Positions 42,009 to 51,180 of a stretch of 64,000 nucleotides of DNA are shown here, piece after piece. The stretch is from Gammaproteobacteria bacterium (GTDB taxonomy: Bacteria > Pseudomonadota > Gammaproteobacteria > Eutrophobiales > Eutrophobiaceae). The position numbers were made by a program, and so were the translations under genes. The DNA is taken from positions 3,360,001 through 3,424,000 of the forward strand of contig CBDCTH010000012.1 in NCBI GenBank assembly GCA_965222155.1, read 5' to 3'. Below the pieces are notes generated by a model. The model had not been told where the DNA came from. It searched no databases and saw only the letters and a list, made by a program, of their open reading frames with translations. The stretch's first letter is position 1, and the number at the start of each line of letters is the position of its first letter.

Positions 42009-43001
42009 CTACTTTATTGCAAACGGTCGGGCGGGTGAGCCGGTCGCGCCCTTGAACGGGATAGCGCCGAACACAAAAGCAAACTCGTAGACCTTATCCT
42101 GCAACAAGGCGCTGAAATCGATGTTTTCCATGATATAGATACCGTTTTCCACCAGGAATTTCTGGTGGTTCGGGGCAAACTGCGTCGGATCCGGTCCGGG
42201 TAAGGTCTCGACCCCCCAGTTGTCGGTTCCTACCAGTAGAACTTTTTTGTCTACTACCCAGTCGCCCGCTTTGTCCGTCAGGCCCGGTGTGCAACTGTTA
42301 AACTTTTGATTATCCGTTTTCCATAAGGTCCCCCAGCCGGTGTAATAGAACAGGGCGTCACCAGGTTGAACGGCATCTTCGCCCAGTCCCTGTTTTTTCA
42401 ATGCCGCTTTCAGGTCGGCAAGCGTGACTTCTTCGGTACATTCCAGCATGCGTCCCTTTAATCCGGCAACGTCCATTAGCACGCCTCGGGTAAATATGGG
42501 TGTAACATGTTCCACGCCCAGTTTGCTGAACCCGCGCCCGGTGCCGATGTCGGCATGGCTGTGGCCATTGTAGTAGCGCACCTCATTCAGGTCTCCCGGT
42601 TTGCCTGTGACCGTCGCCATGTGGCTGAGTGAATCGAATTGTGTGCCGTCCTGGGTGATATGACCGGAGATATAGTCTTCGTTCCAGGCCAGCCTGTTTT
42701 CGCCCATGGGGCCCCAGGAAGTTGCGCCCGGGACGGTCAACGAGTATTTTCGATGTTGCGGCGTCAGGCTGAACAAAGGCATGTCTTCCTCGAACACCCG
42801 GCCCATATCATAAATCTTTCCCTCTTGTATCAGACTGGCGGCAGCCAGTACCTTCGCCGGCGTCAACCGGTTCAGCGCGCCCAGCTGGTCATCCGCTCCC
42901 CACTCCGATGGCCACCATTTTTTCCCTGAATTGTCAGCGGAATAAGATATATTTGCCGTAACACAACAGCAGGCGATCAACATTATGATATTTCTAATCA
43001 T
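42009..43001 (-). CDS. Cyclase-family (kynurenine formamidase-like) metallohydrolase with a signal peptide
   Basis: WGADDQLGALN, GTQFDSLSH, TRGVL.DVA, GTDNWG.E and GATGSP motifs. Confidence 0.85.
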   Translation of the reverse strand: MIRNIIMLIACCCVTANISYSADNSGKKWWPSEWGADDQLGALNRLTPAKVLAAASLIQEGKIYDMGRVFEEDMPLFSLTPQHRKYSLTVPGATSWGPMGENRLAWNEDYISGHITQDGTQFDSLSHMATVTGKPGDLNEVRYYNGHSHADIGTGRGFSKLGVEHVTPIFTRGVLMDVAGLKGRMLECTEEVTLADLKAALKKQGLGEDAVQPGDALFYYTGWGTLWKTDNQKFNSCTPGLTDKAGDWVVDKKVLLVGTDNWGVETLPGPDPTQFAPNHQKFLVENGIYIMENIDFSALLQDKVYEFAFVFGAIPFKGATGSPARPFAIK

Positions 43002-43097
43002 GATTGCTCCCCGGGTAGAGATGAATTCGGATTTTCACAGTATACTATTTGTTATTCAATCTGGAGTTTAGATTTTCAGGCATAAAGGACAGGTACA

Positions 43098-43856
43098 ATG
43101 GTTAAGCGTTTTCACAACAAAACGGTATTAATACTGGGGGGCGCCAGCGGTATCGGCAGGACTACGGCGTTGCGGTTTGCGCAGGAAGGCGCCAACGTGG
43201 TGATCGGTGGTCGCAACGCGGATAACGGCAACGAGGTGGTGCGTTCCATTGAGGCGATGGACGGCAATGGTCTGTTCGTGCAGACGGATGTCAGAGACCC
43301 GGATGCATCAGGCAATGCGGTGGATAAGACTGTCGCTGCATTCGGCGGATTAGACATAGCTTTCAATAACGCAGGGTTGGTCGGCACGGGGAATAAGACT
43401 GCTGATGAGAGTGAAGAAGACTGGTCGAACATGATCAATACCAAACTGAACGGCGTGTGGCACGGGATGAAATGCCAGATCCCCGCCCTGCTTGAAACCG
43501 GCGGCGGGGCTATCGTCAATATGGCGGGCAACTGGGGACTGATCGGATTTCCCGGTTACGCCGCCTACTGTGCCGCGGCCCACGGGGTAATGGGTCTGAC
43601 CAAGGCAGTCGCGCTGGAATACGCCGGCGCCGGTCTCAGGATTAACGCGGTGTGCCCCGGCGCGGTGGACGCGCCGATCCTGGATCGAATGACAGGCGGC
43701 AATGAAGATATCAAGAACAGTTTTGCCCAACAATTGCCTGTTGGCAGGCTCTGCAGCCCGGAAGATGTTGCCGAAGCGGTTTTATGGCTTGCTTCCGATG
43801 CCGCGTCCTACGTCAACGGTATCGGGCTGGTACTGGACGGAGGCGGAAGTCCTTAA
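43098..43856 (+). CDS. SDR-family oxidoreductase with atypical catalytic residues
   Basis: GGASGIG, NNAG and NAVCPG motifs; YCAAAH in place of YxxxK. Confidence 0.88.
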   Translation: MVKRFHNKTVLILGGASGIGRTTALRFAQEGANVVIGGRNADNGNEVVRSIEAMDGNGLFVQTDVRDPDASGNAVDKTVAAFGGLDIAFNNAGLVGTGNKTADESEEDWSNMINTKLNGVWHGMKCQIPALLETGGGAIVNMAGNWGLIGFPGYAAYCAAAHGVMGLTKAVALEYAGAGLRINAVCPGAVDAPILDRMTGGNEDIKNSFAQQLPVGRLCSPEDVAEAVLWLASDAASYVNGIGLVLDGGGSP

Positions 43857-43875
43857 CCGGTTATTTATCTCTCTC

Positions 43876-43903
43876 TTGACACGGTTATCATTTATGATAA
43901 TCT
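43876..43903 (+). promoter_or_regulatory. TA promoter/operator
   Basis: TTGACA followed by the palindrome TTATCA-TTTA-TGATAA just before the toxin ATG. Confidence 0.6.
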
Positions 43904-43909
43904 TCTCAA

Positions 43910-44227
43910 ATGACCTGGAAGGTCACATTTTTCAATCTCAAGGTTAAGGAGGAGACTTTAAACTTCCCGGATGGGATATTGGCCAACCTTCTCCACATCC
44001 TGGAAATTATTGAAGAATTTGGTCCAAATGCAGGAAAACCATATACGGCTTCAATGGGTCAGGGTCTTTTCGAAATACGGGCAAGAGGAAAAGAAGGTAT
44101 AGGCCGCTCCCTGTTTTGTACTCTCAAAGGTAAAGAAATAATTATCCTGAATTCCTTTATAAAGAAAACGCAAAAGACTCCTAAAAAAGAGATCGATATA
44201 GCCCGCAAACGCATGAAGGAAATATAA
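43910..44227 (+). CDS. RelE/ParE (HigB/Gp49-like) toxin
   Basis: GLFEIRARG...GR, FIKKTQKTPKKEI motifs. Confidence 0.9.
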   Translation: MTWKVTFFNLKVKEETLNFPDGILANLLHILEIIEEFGPNAGKPYTASMGQGLFEIRARGKEGIGRSLFCTLKGKEIIILNSFIKKTQKTPKKEIDIARKRMKEI

Positions 44228-44228
44228 A

Positions 44229-44534
44229 ATGGCAAGACCAACGCTCAAATCATTCAAAGCAGAAGCATTTAAGAAAAAAGGAGTAAAAGAAGAGTATGTT
44301 GAACTTGCTCCTGCTTATGAAGTTCGCAAAAAACTAATTGCCTTGCGTCAAAAAGCCGGCTATACGCAAGAACAGATAGCAGAAAAACTCCATACCAGCA
44401 AAAGCAATATTTCTCGTTTGGAGAGCGTTAATTCTAATATTTCTCCAAAGCTATCCACCATTACAGATTATGCTGAAGCAATGGGCTACAAGCTGAAAAT
44501 AGATTTTGTTCCATCAAGGCGTTCCGATACATAA
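44229..44534 (+). CDS. XRE HTH antitoxin (HigA-like)
   Basis: RQKAGYTQEQIAEKLHTSKSNISRLES; 1 bp after the toxin. Confidence 0.9.
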   Translation: MARPTLKSFKAEAFKKKGVKEEYVELAPAYEVRKKLIALRQKAGYTQEQIAEKLHTSKSNISRLESVNSNISPKLSTITDYAEAMGYKLKIDFVPSRRSDT

Positions 44535-44546
44535 TAACCTGTTGTT

Positions 44547-45095
44547 CTACAGGTTTTGTTTTAAATCGTCGACCGGCTTCAGCCAGTCCTCATCCAGGCT
44601 GACCCGCGTCTTGCCCCAGCCTTCCTTGTAGTTGCAGAGGATCTGCTGGGTCAGCGCCGTGTGGGTCAGTTTCCATCCACCATTAATCCTGACCATCTCG
44701 TCGTCGTAGAAACCGGCGACCCAGACCGGGTCATACTCTTTGGTCCTTGAATTATGCACTGTGGCGGCTTCGAACAGGTACCAGCGCGCCGTGGCCGACC
44801 GGCAGTCATCGGCAACCTCTATTCTTATGGGTATCAGGCAGTGGAACATCCAGGTGAACGGATTGACCTCCAGGAATGAGCGGATTTCGTCACGCCCCTT
44901 TAAAACCGTATCCCAGTTGGTAAATTCCATGACGCCGTCCTCCGTATACAGGTCTACGAACATATCGATATCCATCTGGGGATCGGCAGCGACCGCAGAA
45001 CGCTGTTTCAAGTGCCTGATTTCCTCCATGGCTTCCAGTCTTTCCAGTCGTTTCGACAACTCGTCGATTTTGTGTGAATCACTCATGGCATTCAT
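44547..45095 (-). CDS. SnoaL/NTF2-like protein
   Basis: RLEAMEEIR.LK, YTEDG, G.Y.D......GGWK motifs. Confidence 0.85.
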   Translation of the reverse strand: MNAMSDSHKIDELSKRLERLEAMEEIRHLKQRSAVAADPQMDIDMFVDLYTEDGVMEFTNWDTVLKGRDEIRSFLEVNPFTWMFHCLIPIRIEVADDCRSATARWYLFEAATVHNSRTKEYDPVWVAGFYDDEMVRINGGWKLTHTALTQQILCNYKEGWGKTRVSLDEDWLKPVDDLKQNL

Positions 45096-45293
45096 CCATA
45101 TTCGCTACAACATATAAAATTCACGGAAACTATTGTATTTGTCTCCGGCAGAAATACTGTCAGTAACGTTTTTATAACACAGGCTGCAGCGTATCACCAG
45201 CAGACATAAATGCCAGAGGGATAACAGCGATTCTGCCCGGTTTGCGAATAGTTATTACCTGAACGAACTGATCGATCAGCGCACCATTATATC

Positions 45294-45332
45294 TTGATTT
45301 TACGAGTTAACACAACTATACTGTTGTGTTAA
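45294..45332 (+). promoter_or_regulatory. Promoter with a perfect operator palindrome straddling the -10 box
   Basis: TTGATT(45294)-17 bp-TATACT(45317); TTAACACAAC-TATACT-GTTGTGTTAA, whose last A is the A of the ATG at 45332. Confidence 0.75.
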
Positions 45333-45790
45333 TGATTCCTCAGTTGATTGATATTGGTAATGGGTGCCCTTGGCCTGTTTTACCCCCCGGGGTGCATAAG
45401 ACAACTTTAGGTGAGATTGATTCAAAATTTGCGTATACGCCCCACCGAAAGAAACTATTTACGGGCTTTCGTAATGCGGTATTAATTTTGAACCAGGCAG
45501 GTTGTAAGTCGATATACTTGGATGGCAGCTATACCACCGGAAAGAACCACCCAAATGATTTTGATGCCTGCTGGGATGCTTATGGTGTTGATCCGATGAA
45601 ACTCGACCCGATATTACTAGATTTTTCTAATAAACGAAGCGCACAGAAGAAAAAGTACGGCGGTGAATTATTTATTATCAGTACCTCCGCGAAACCTAGT
45701 ATTAGCTTTTTGGATTTTTTTCAGACTGATCGTTACACCGGTCATAGAAAAGGGATCTTGTTTTTGGACTTAAGTTTATCTACGCCATGA
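45332..45790 (+). CDS. DUF6932-like nucleotidyltransferase-fold protein
   Basis: LPPGVH, YLDGSYTTGK..PNDFD (GS...DxD), FF..DR...KGI motifs. Confidence 0.7.
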   Translation: MIPQLIDIGNGCPWPVLPPGVHKTTLGEIDSKFAYTPHRKKLFTGFRNAVLILNQAGCKSIYLDGSYTTGKNHPNDFDACWDAYGVDPMKLDPILLDFSNKRSAQKKKYGGELFIISTSAKPSISFLDFFQTDRYTGHRKGILFLDLSLSTP

Positions 45791-45806
45791 ATGAAGAGAA
45801 CTTGCA

Positions 45807-47081
45807 ATGATTACAAATGAACGACAATTCAAGATCGCTAAAGCACAAATGGAGAAGTTCAAATTGTCAATTGCCACTTTCGATATAGAAGAACTTGTTG
45901 GATGTGGCACAGATCGCCTTATGGCACAGGCACAGTTAGATCAGTTACGGAGTGAATACGAGATACTACTTGAGCAAATTATGGACTATGAACGTCTATC
46001 TTCAGGCGAACAGAAAGAATTTGAGATGCGATCACTTCAGGATTTACCTGTCGCGCTCATCAAGGCTAGGATTGTAAGTAACTGGACACAAAAACAGTTT
46101 GCTGAGGTACTTGGTGTTAAAGAACAACAAGTTCAACGCTATGAAGCTGAAATGTATAAATCAGCAAATCTTACAACTTTGTCACGCATGGCTGAAATAC
46201 TTGGTTTAGATATACCCACTCACGTTGTAATGTCATCCGTTAGAGATGGGTCAGTTGTAGGTATTTCCAAGAATCTACCAATCACTGAAATGTATAAAAG
46301 AGGATGGTTTGAAGACTTCTCGGGAACCTTAAGAGAAGCGAAAAAAAGTTATAGAGAGTTGATTGAGCAGTTGTATATCAATTCTGGATATACTCATGAT
46401 CAAATTGCCTTGCATCGAAAAAAAGTAAGATTGAGTAGTAATATTAATGAAGATGCGTTAACTGCATGGCATATACGAATTCTTTGTTTAACAAACAAAC
46501 AAAAGCTGTCACGGACGTTCAATCATAATGTCATATCGCAAGACTGGTTCCGAGAATTAGCAAAACTCAGTCGTTTCCCGGAGGGTCCTTTACTGGCTAG
46601 GGACTGGTTGCTGGAAAGCGGGATTTACTTTGTTATCGAACCACACCTTCCGCAAACTTATCTTGATGGGGGTGCATTGAGACATCCTAGTGGTGCGCCG
46701 GTAGTTGCCCTTACTATCCGTTATGACCGGTTGGATAATTTTTGGTTTGTTCTCTTTCATGAGCTGTCTCACATCCATCTTCATTTTCAATCGGAGCAAG
46801 ATACTGATTTTTTTGATGACTCAGAAGTGAAGTCTAACGACATCGAGTTGGAAGCAGATGAACATGCACTCAGCGCATTGGTGCCCCCAGAAATGTGGGA
46901 TAACTGTTTATCGAGGTTTAGCTTAAATACAGAGACAGTTCGCATAGAAGCAGAACAATTCCAAATACATCCATCCTTAATTGCTGGCCGAATACGTCAT
47001 GAACAACAGAACTTTAGTGTTTTAAATGATGTGATTGGTTACGGTGAAGTGTCACGCAGTTTTGAGGGATGGATGCTTTAA
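45807..47081 (+). CDS. XRE HTH plus ImmA/IrrE Zn-metallopeptidase fusion
   Basis: MITNERQF leader, WTQKQFAEVLGVKEQQVQRYE HTH, RYDRLDNFWFVLFHELSH (HExxH), E.EAD. Confidence 0.85.
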   Translation: MITNERQFKIAKAQMEKFKLSIATFDIEELVGCGTDRLMAQAQLDQLRSEYEILLEQIMDYERLSSGEQKEFEMRSLQDLPVALIKARIVSNWTQKQFAEVLGVKEQQVQRYEAEMYKSANLTTLSRMAEILGLDIPTHVVMSSVRDGSVVGISKNLPITEMYKRGWFEDFSGTLREAKKSYRELIEQLYINSGYTHDQIALHRKKVRLSSNINEDALTAWHIRILCLTNKQKLSRTFNHNVISQDWFRELAKLSRFPEGPLLARDWLLESGIYFVIEPHLPQTYLDGGALRHPSGAPVVALTIRYDRLDNFWFVLFHELSHIHLHFQSEQDTDFFDDSEVKSNDIELEADEHALSALVPPEMWDNCLSRFSLNTETVRIEAEQFQIHPSLIAGRIRHEQQNFSVLNDVIGYGEVSRSFEGWML

Positions 47082-47113
47082 TGGCAGTAACGAAAAATAT
47101 ATAGCGTCTTGAT

Positions 47114-48181
47114 ATGTATGTACCCATACTGAAATGGCGTCAAGGTGAGTATTTGGCATTAGAGCGTCTACCTAATGATGTAAAAGAATGCGTAATGCCA
47201 CTAATTGAGGTGCCACCGTTGGAATGGGATTTTGAAAAAGGCCAATACGCAAAAAACATCGATGAACATTTGAAACTTTTTATAACAAGATTTATAAAGA
47301 AATGGGGAAAGAGAAAGGCTTTTATAGATCTCCACCTGATTGATCCTACTTCACGTATGGTCAATGGAGTGCATCCGCTAACGTATGTCTTCGTGGAGGC
47401 ACTTAAAAATGAGTTGGAAGTAATCCCGGTGACGGGTATAAACAGGGGCACCGATTACCAACGCGCAGTAAAAAAAAGCATTGGTCAATTCAGCAATGGC
47501 GTCTGCTTACGTTTATCCATTAATGATGTGCTCAAACTATCACAAATGAATCGTTTGGATACATTTACGCACTATCATTCAATAGAATTTAGTGAACTGG
47601 ATGTTGTGCTAGATTTGGAGGCCCCAGATTTTAATCCTATTACGCAATTTGCACGGTTATTGCACAATCAGATTCAAAATCTGTCAGAAATAGAACACGT
47701 TCGAAGTTTCACAATAATCGGGTCGGCTTTTCCAAAGTCAATGGATCAATTAAGTATAGGTGCTCAAATTATCGAACGCTCAGAATGGAATCTGTATAGG
47801 GAATATTGTGATCGATTGACATCAGTGGAGAGAAAGCCACAATTTGGTGATTACGCCATTTCCCATCCTGCCTTGTTACAGTTGGATATGCGATTAATCA
47901 AGCCGGCTGCAAGTTTGCGATATACAATTGACGGTGGATGGTATATCCATAAGGGGACAAACGTGCGTGATAATGGTTTTTCGCAGTATAGAAATATATG
48001 TTTAAAACTGATGAAGTCGCGACATTTCCAAGGCGGAACTTATTCACCAGGTGATAAATACATTAAGGAATGTGGTGAAGGGGCTGCGTCTACTGGAAAT
48101 TTAACGGTATGGCGATGGGTGGGAACGAATCATCACATTACAAAGGTTGTAGATGACAGCGCCAATTTTGGCGTTCTTTAA
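47114..48181 (+). CDS. Beta-family protein (phage P4 beta-like)
   Basis: YVPILKWRQGE..AL, PLIE, FGDYAI.HP, RYT, GD.YI and WRWVGTNHHIT motifs. Confidence 0.8.
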   Translation: MYVPILKWRQGEYLALERLPNDVKECVMPLIEVPPLEWDFEKGQYAKNIDEHLKLFITRFIKKWGKRKAFIDLHLIDPTSRMVNGVHPLTYVFVEALKNELEVIPVTGINRGTDYQRAVKKSIGQFSNGVCLRLSINDVLKLSQMNRLDTFTHYHSIEFSELDVVLDLEAPDFNPITQFARLLHNQIQNLSEIEHVRSFTIIGSAFPKSMDQLSIGAQIIERSEWNLYREYCDRLTSVERKPQFGDYAISHPALLQLDMRLIKPAASLRYTIDGGWYIHKGTNVRDNGFSQYRNICLKLMKSRHFQGGTYSPGDKYIKECGEGAASTGNLTVWRWVGTNHHITKVVDDSANFGVL

Positions 48182-48719
48182 GCTTGTTACTTATAGTTGA
48201 TTGTAGCTCTTCTATGGTAAACAAATCAATTATGGTCTTATAAAGAATCTTTCTTGGCTTTCTAAGCAGTGTGCCGGTGTAGCCCGCTGCTTCTAGTAAT
48301 TCAACTGCTTCATCTCTCCACAAGAGGGTTGTTAGTACGTATGGGTCGATAAGGGGGTTGTTGTATGCCTCACGGAATTTGTGAAAATACGTTCCTCCAC
48401 GCGGTCCTCTGGTTGCAACAATAAGACCCCACCAATCAGAGATCAGATTAAGCGACCGTTCTAAATGTTTTTTTGTAATCACTAAAGAAAGTTGATTGAA
48501 AACGGAATTATAGAGTTTCACTTGAGAGGCTAACCGGGTCAGGTCATCAGTATCAGATTTTATTTCGATCCCACTTAATTTACCGTTTATCACAGCAATA
48601 TCGATTCTCGATTTACCATGATAGATCCCTAATTCATCAACTACAAGTGCATTACTATTCTGATGGTAATAGCGAATTAACTTTTTATGTACGGCATAAC
48701 GTATATCATTTTCGTTCAT
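48138..48719 (-). CDS. sce7726-family PD-(D/E)xK nuclease-like protein
   Basis: VVDELG....RIDIAVING...GIEIKSD.D.L.RL..Q...Y, WWG and LLWRDEA motifs; convergent with the beta gene, 44-bp overlap. Confidence 0.8.
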   Translation of the reverse strand: MNENDIRYAVHKKLIRYYHQNSNALVVDELGIYHGKSRIDIAVINGKLSGIEIKSDTDDLTRLASQVKLYNSVFNQLSLVITKKHLERSLNLISDWWGLIVATRGPRGGTYFHKFREAYNNPLIDPYVLTTLLWRDEAVELLEAAGYTGTLLRKPRKILYKTIIDLFTIEELQSTISNKLKERQNWRCHLQPL

Positions 48720-48724
48720 AATTA

Positions 48725-49807
48725 TTAATTGGTATTTGTTAACCTCGGCATTAACTGATCAGCGAAAAGCTGTTGCGTCCGCAGCGCCTGTTCCCGTTTC
48801 AGGCCGCCGTAATGGCTGATGATGATCAACTCATCAAACCCGAATTCTTCATATAATTGCTCCAGCTTTTTGCCCACGGAATCCGGCGTCCCCACGTAAA
48901 CGATGTCATTTTCGATCAATTCATCATAGCTCATTTTGCCGATACTCGGCATGAAGTCCATGGTATAGAACTTGTAACCGGCGTTCACCAGGCGTTCGCG
49001 CTCGGCATCGTTTGACGGCATAATCGTCAATTGAGGGGAGACGTTGTAACGGACAAAATTCACTACGGCTTCCCTGGCTTCCGCATGGGCGGTTGCCTCG
49101 TCTTCGTGCAGGTAAATCGCCTTGATAAAACCCACGCTGGGGGTGGAGCCTGCTTCGGCGCAGGCGTTCCGGTAAACGTCTACAGGGTCCTTGAAAGCGG
49201 CGCTGGGCGCCGGGCCGCCCACGACAATACCCCATTCATTTTGCGCGGCCATGGTAAACCACTTGGCGCTGGTGCCTACCTGGAAAATTTTGGGATGGGG
49301 CTTTTGCACGGGTTTGGGAACGACCGAAACATCTTTCACGTTGTAATACTTGCCTTCATAAGAGAAGGGGTCTTCGGTCCAGGCCTTTTGCAGAATTTCC
49401 AGGCACTCTACGTAGCGCCCCATGCTTTCTTCCATGGGCACGTCAGCCGGGCCGCATAACCAGGGATGCCCCCGGCCTACACCACATTCGATGCGTCCCT
49501 TCGTCAATATGTCAACCATCGCAATCTCACCGGCCAGGATCATGGGGTTATGCAGTGGCAAGGTATGACACAGGGCGCGAAACCGCAGGTTTTCAGTACG
49601 TTCCGCCAAGTGGGTGAATACCGCCAACGGATTGGGGTTGATCGCAAATTTTTCATAAAACGGGTGTTCCAGCGTGGTAAATACATGGAAACCGGTTTTA
49701 TCCGAGTGTACGGCGAGGGCCAGGACGTCTTCGATCAATTCGGCGTGGTCATGTCCCGGGGGACACTGAAATTCAACGTAAGTGCCAAAGCGTAGGGGTT
49801 CAGTCAT
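48725..49807 (-). CDS. LLM-class flavin-dependent oxidoreductase
   Basis: EH, LPLHNP..LAGEIA.VD.LT.GR...GVGRG and PKPVQKPHP motifs. Confidence 0.92.
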   Translation of the reverse strand: MTEPLRFGTYVEFQCPPGHDHAELIEDVLALAVHSDKTGFHVFTTLEHPFYEKFAINPNPLAVFTHLAERTENLRFRALCHTLPLHNPMILAGEIAMVDILTKGRIECGVGRGHPWLCGPADVPMEESMGRYVECLEILQKAWTEDPFSYEGKYYNVKDVSVVPKPVQKPHPKIFQVGTSAKWFTMAAQNEWGIVVGGPAPSAAFKDPVDVYRNACAEAGSTPSVGFIKAIYLHEDEATAHAEAREAVVNFVRYNVSPQLTIMPSNDAERERLVNAGYKFYTMDFMPSIGKMSYDELIENDIVYVGTPDSVGKKLEQLYEEFGFDELIIISHYGGLKREQALRTQQLFADQLMPRLTNTN

Positions 49808-49965
49808 AAGAATATTTTCCTTTTTTATTTTGTTTTCAATAGCTCCTGAGCACTCTTTTTATCCACTCAGGGATAGCTGCCGTATGTTATTATTTGAAAT
49901 TCATGGCATTGAAATTACCAGTTTTATTATACTATCAGAATAATTTGTGAAGTGAGGAGCAGGAT

Positions 49966-51171
49966 ATGTGTGCAGCCGTAATTGAAGGTCGTCGCTGGGC
50001 CAGGACTTACCCCTGGCTGGGCGAAGATCCCGTTCCTACCGAACCCTGTATTTCGGAAGATGTCTATCGCCGCGAGGTGGAGAAAGTATTCAAAAAAGTC
50101 TGGCTGCACGTAGGCAGGGTAGAGGAACTGCCGAAACCCGGATGCTACAAACTCAAACGGCTGGATTTTGCCAGTACCTCGGTATTGTTGATCCGGGGCA
50201 AGGACGATGAAGTTCGCGCGTTTCATAATACCTGTTCCCACAGGGGAAACACGGTCGTCGTGCCGGAGGGTGAGTGGGACAACTTCGGGCAGAAGGCGGC
50301 CTTCAGTTGCCGCTTCCATGCCTGGACCTATAACGATAAAGGCGAACTCATCGGCGCCCAGGAGGAAACCGGCATGCCGCCGTGTTTTCGCAAATCGGAG
50401 AACGGTCTGACGCCGATTAACTGCGACACCTGGGAAGGTTTCATCTTTGTCAACCTGGATGAGAACCCGTCTGTGGGACTGCACGAATACCTGGGGGAGA
50501 TGGGCAATCATTTCTCCGGCTTTCCCTACAACGAAATCACCCATAACTTTACCTATTACACCTATCTCAACTGCAACTGGAAGGTGGGACTGGACGCCTT
50601 TGCCGAGGCGTATCATGTAAACACCATCCATGCCGGCTCGTTCCCAGGCACGTTTTCGACCGGTCTGCAGATGATTAAACTGCTGGGCGACCACCGTACC
50701 ACCGCAGTCTGCTTCAACCCGCCTAGGGATACGCCGCCGGTCGCCGCGCTGGCCCAGACCAAGGCCAGGGGGTCATTGGTGAACAACGTCAGTGAGACGA
50801 TACTGCCGCCTACCCTGAATGATGAGAAGCGCGACGATTATGCCTTTGAACTGAGCGTATTCTTTCCGAACTGGTTATTGCACGTATCGGAAGGCATCTG
50901 GTTCACCCACCAGTTCTGGCCCATCGGTTATGATCGGTGCCTGTGGGAAGGGAAGTACAACGTCATGGAACCGACTACCAACAGCGAGAAATGGGCGCTG
51001 GAGCATGCCATGGTACTGCAACGCAACGCCTGGCTGGAAGATACGGCAACCATGGAAGGGACTTTCTTTTCGTTAAATTCCGGCAGCAAGAAATATATGA
51101 ACCTGCATGATGAGGAAATCCTCGTCAGGCACGGTTATCACGTACTGGAAAAGTATCTGAATGGTGATTAA
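49966..51171 (+). CDS. Rieske non-heme iron oxygenase alpha subunit (1)
   Basis: CSHRGN...CRFHAW Rieske site; NWK...EAYHVNTIH...ED iron triad. Confidence 0.93.
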   Translation: MCAAVIEGRRWARTYPWLGEDPVPTEPCISEDVYRREVEKVFKKVWLHVGRVEELPKPGCYKLKRLDFASTSVLLIRGKDDEVRAFHNTCSHRGNTVVVPEGEWDNFGQKAAFSCRFHAWTYNDKGELIGAQEETGMPPCFRKSENGLTPINCDTWEGFIFVNLDENPSVGLHEYLGEMGNHFSGFPYNEITHNFTYYTYLNCNWKVGLDAFAEAYHVNTIHAGSFPGTFSTGLQMIKLLGDHRTTAVCFNPPRDTPPVAALAQTKARGSLVNNVSETILPPTLNDEKRDDYAFELSVFFPNWLLHVSEGIWFTHQFWPIGYDRCLWEGKYNVMEPTTNSEKWALEHAMVLQRNAWLEDTATMEGTFFSLNSGSKKYMNLHDEEILVRHGYHVLEKYLNGD

Positions 51172-51180
51172 AGGTAATCG

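Noticed and set aside
43910-44534. RelE-HTH pair as part of the 45-48 kb island
   Set aside because: It has its own operator and is separated by a GC-normal SnoaL gene; an ordinary type II TA module
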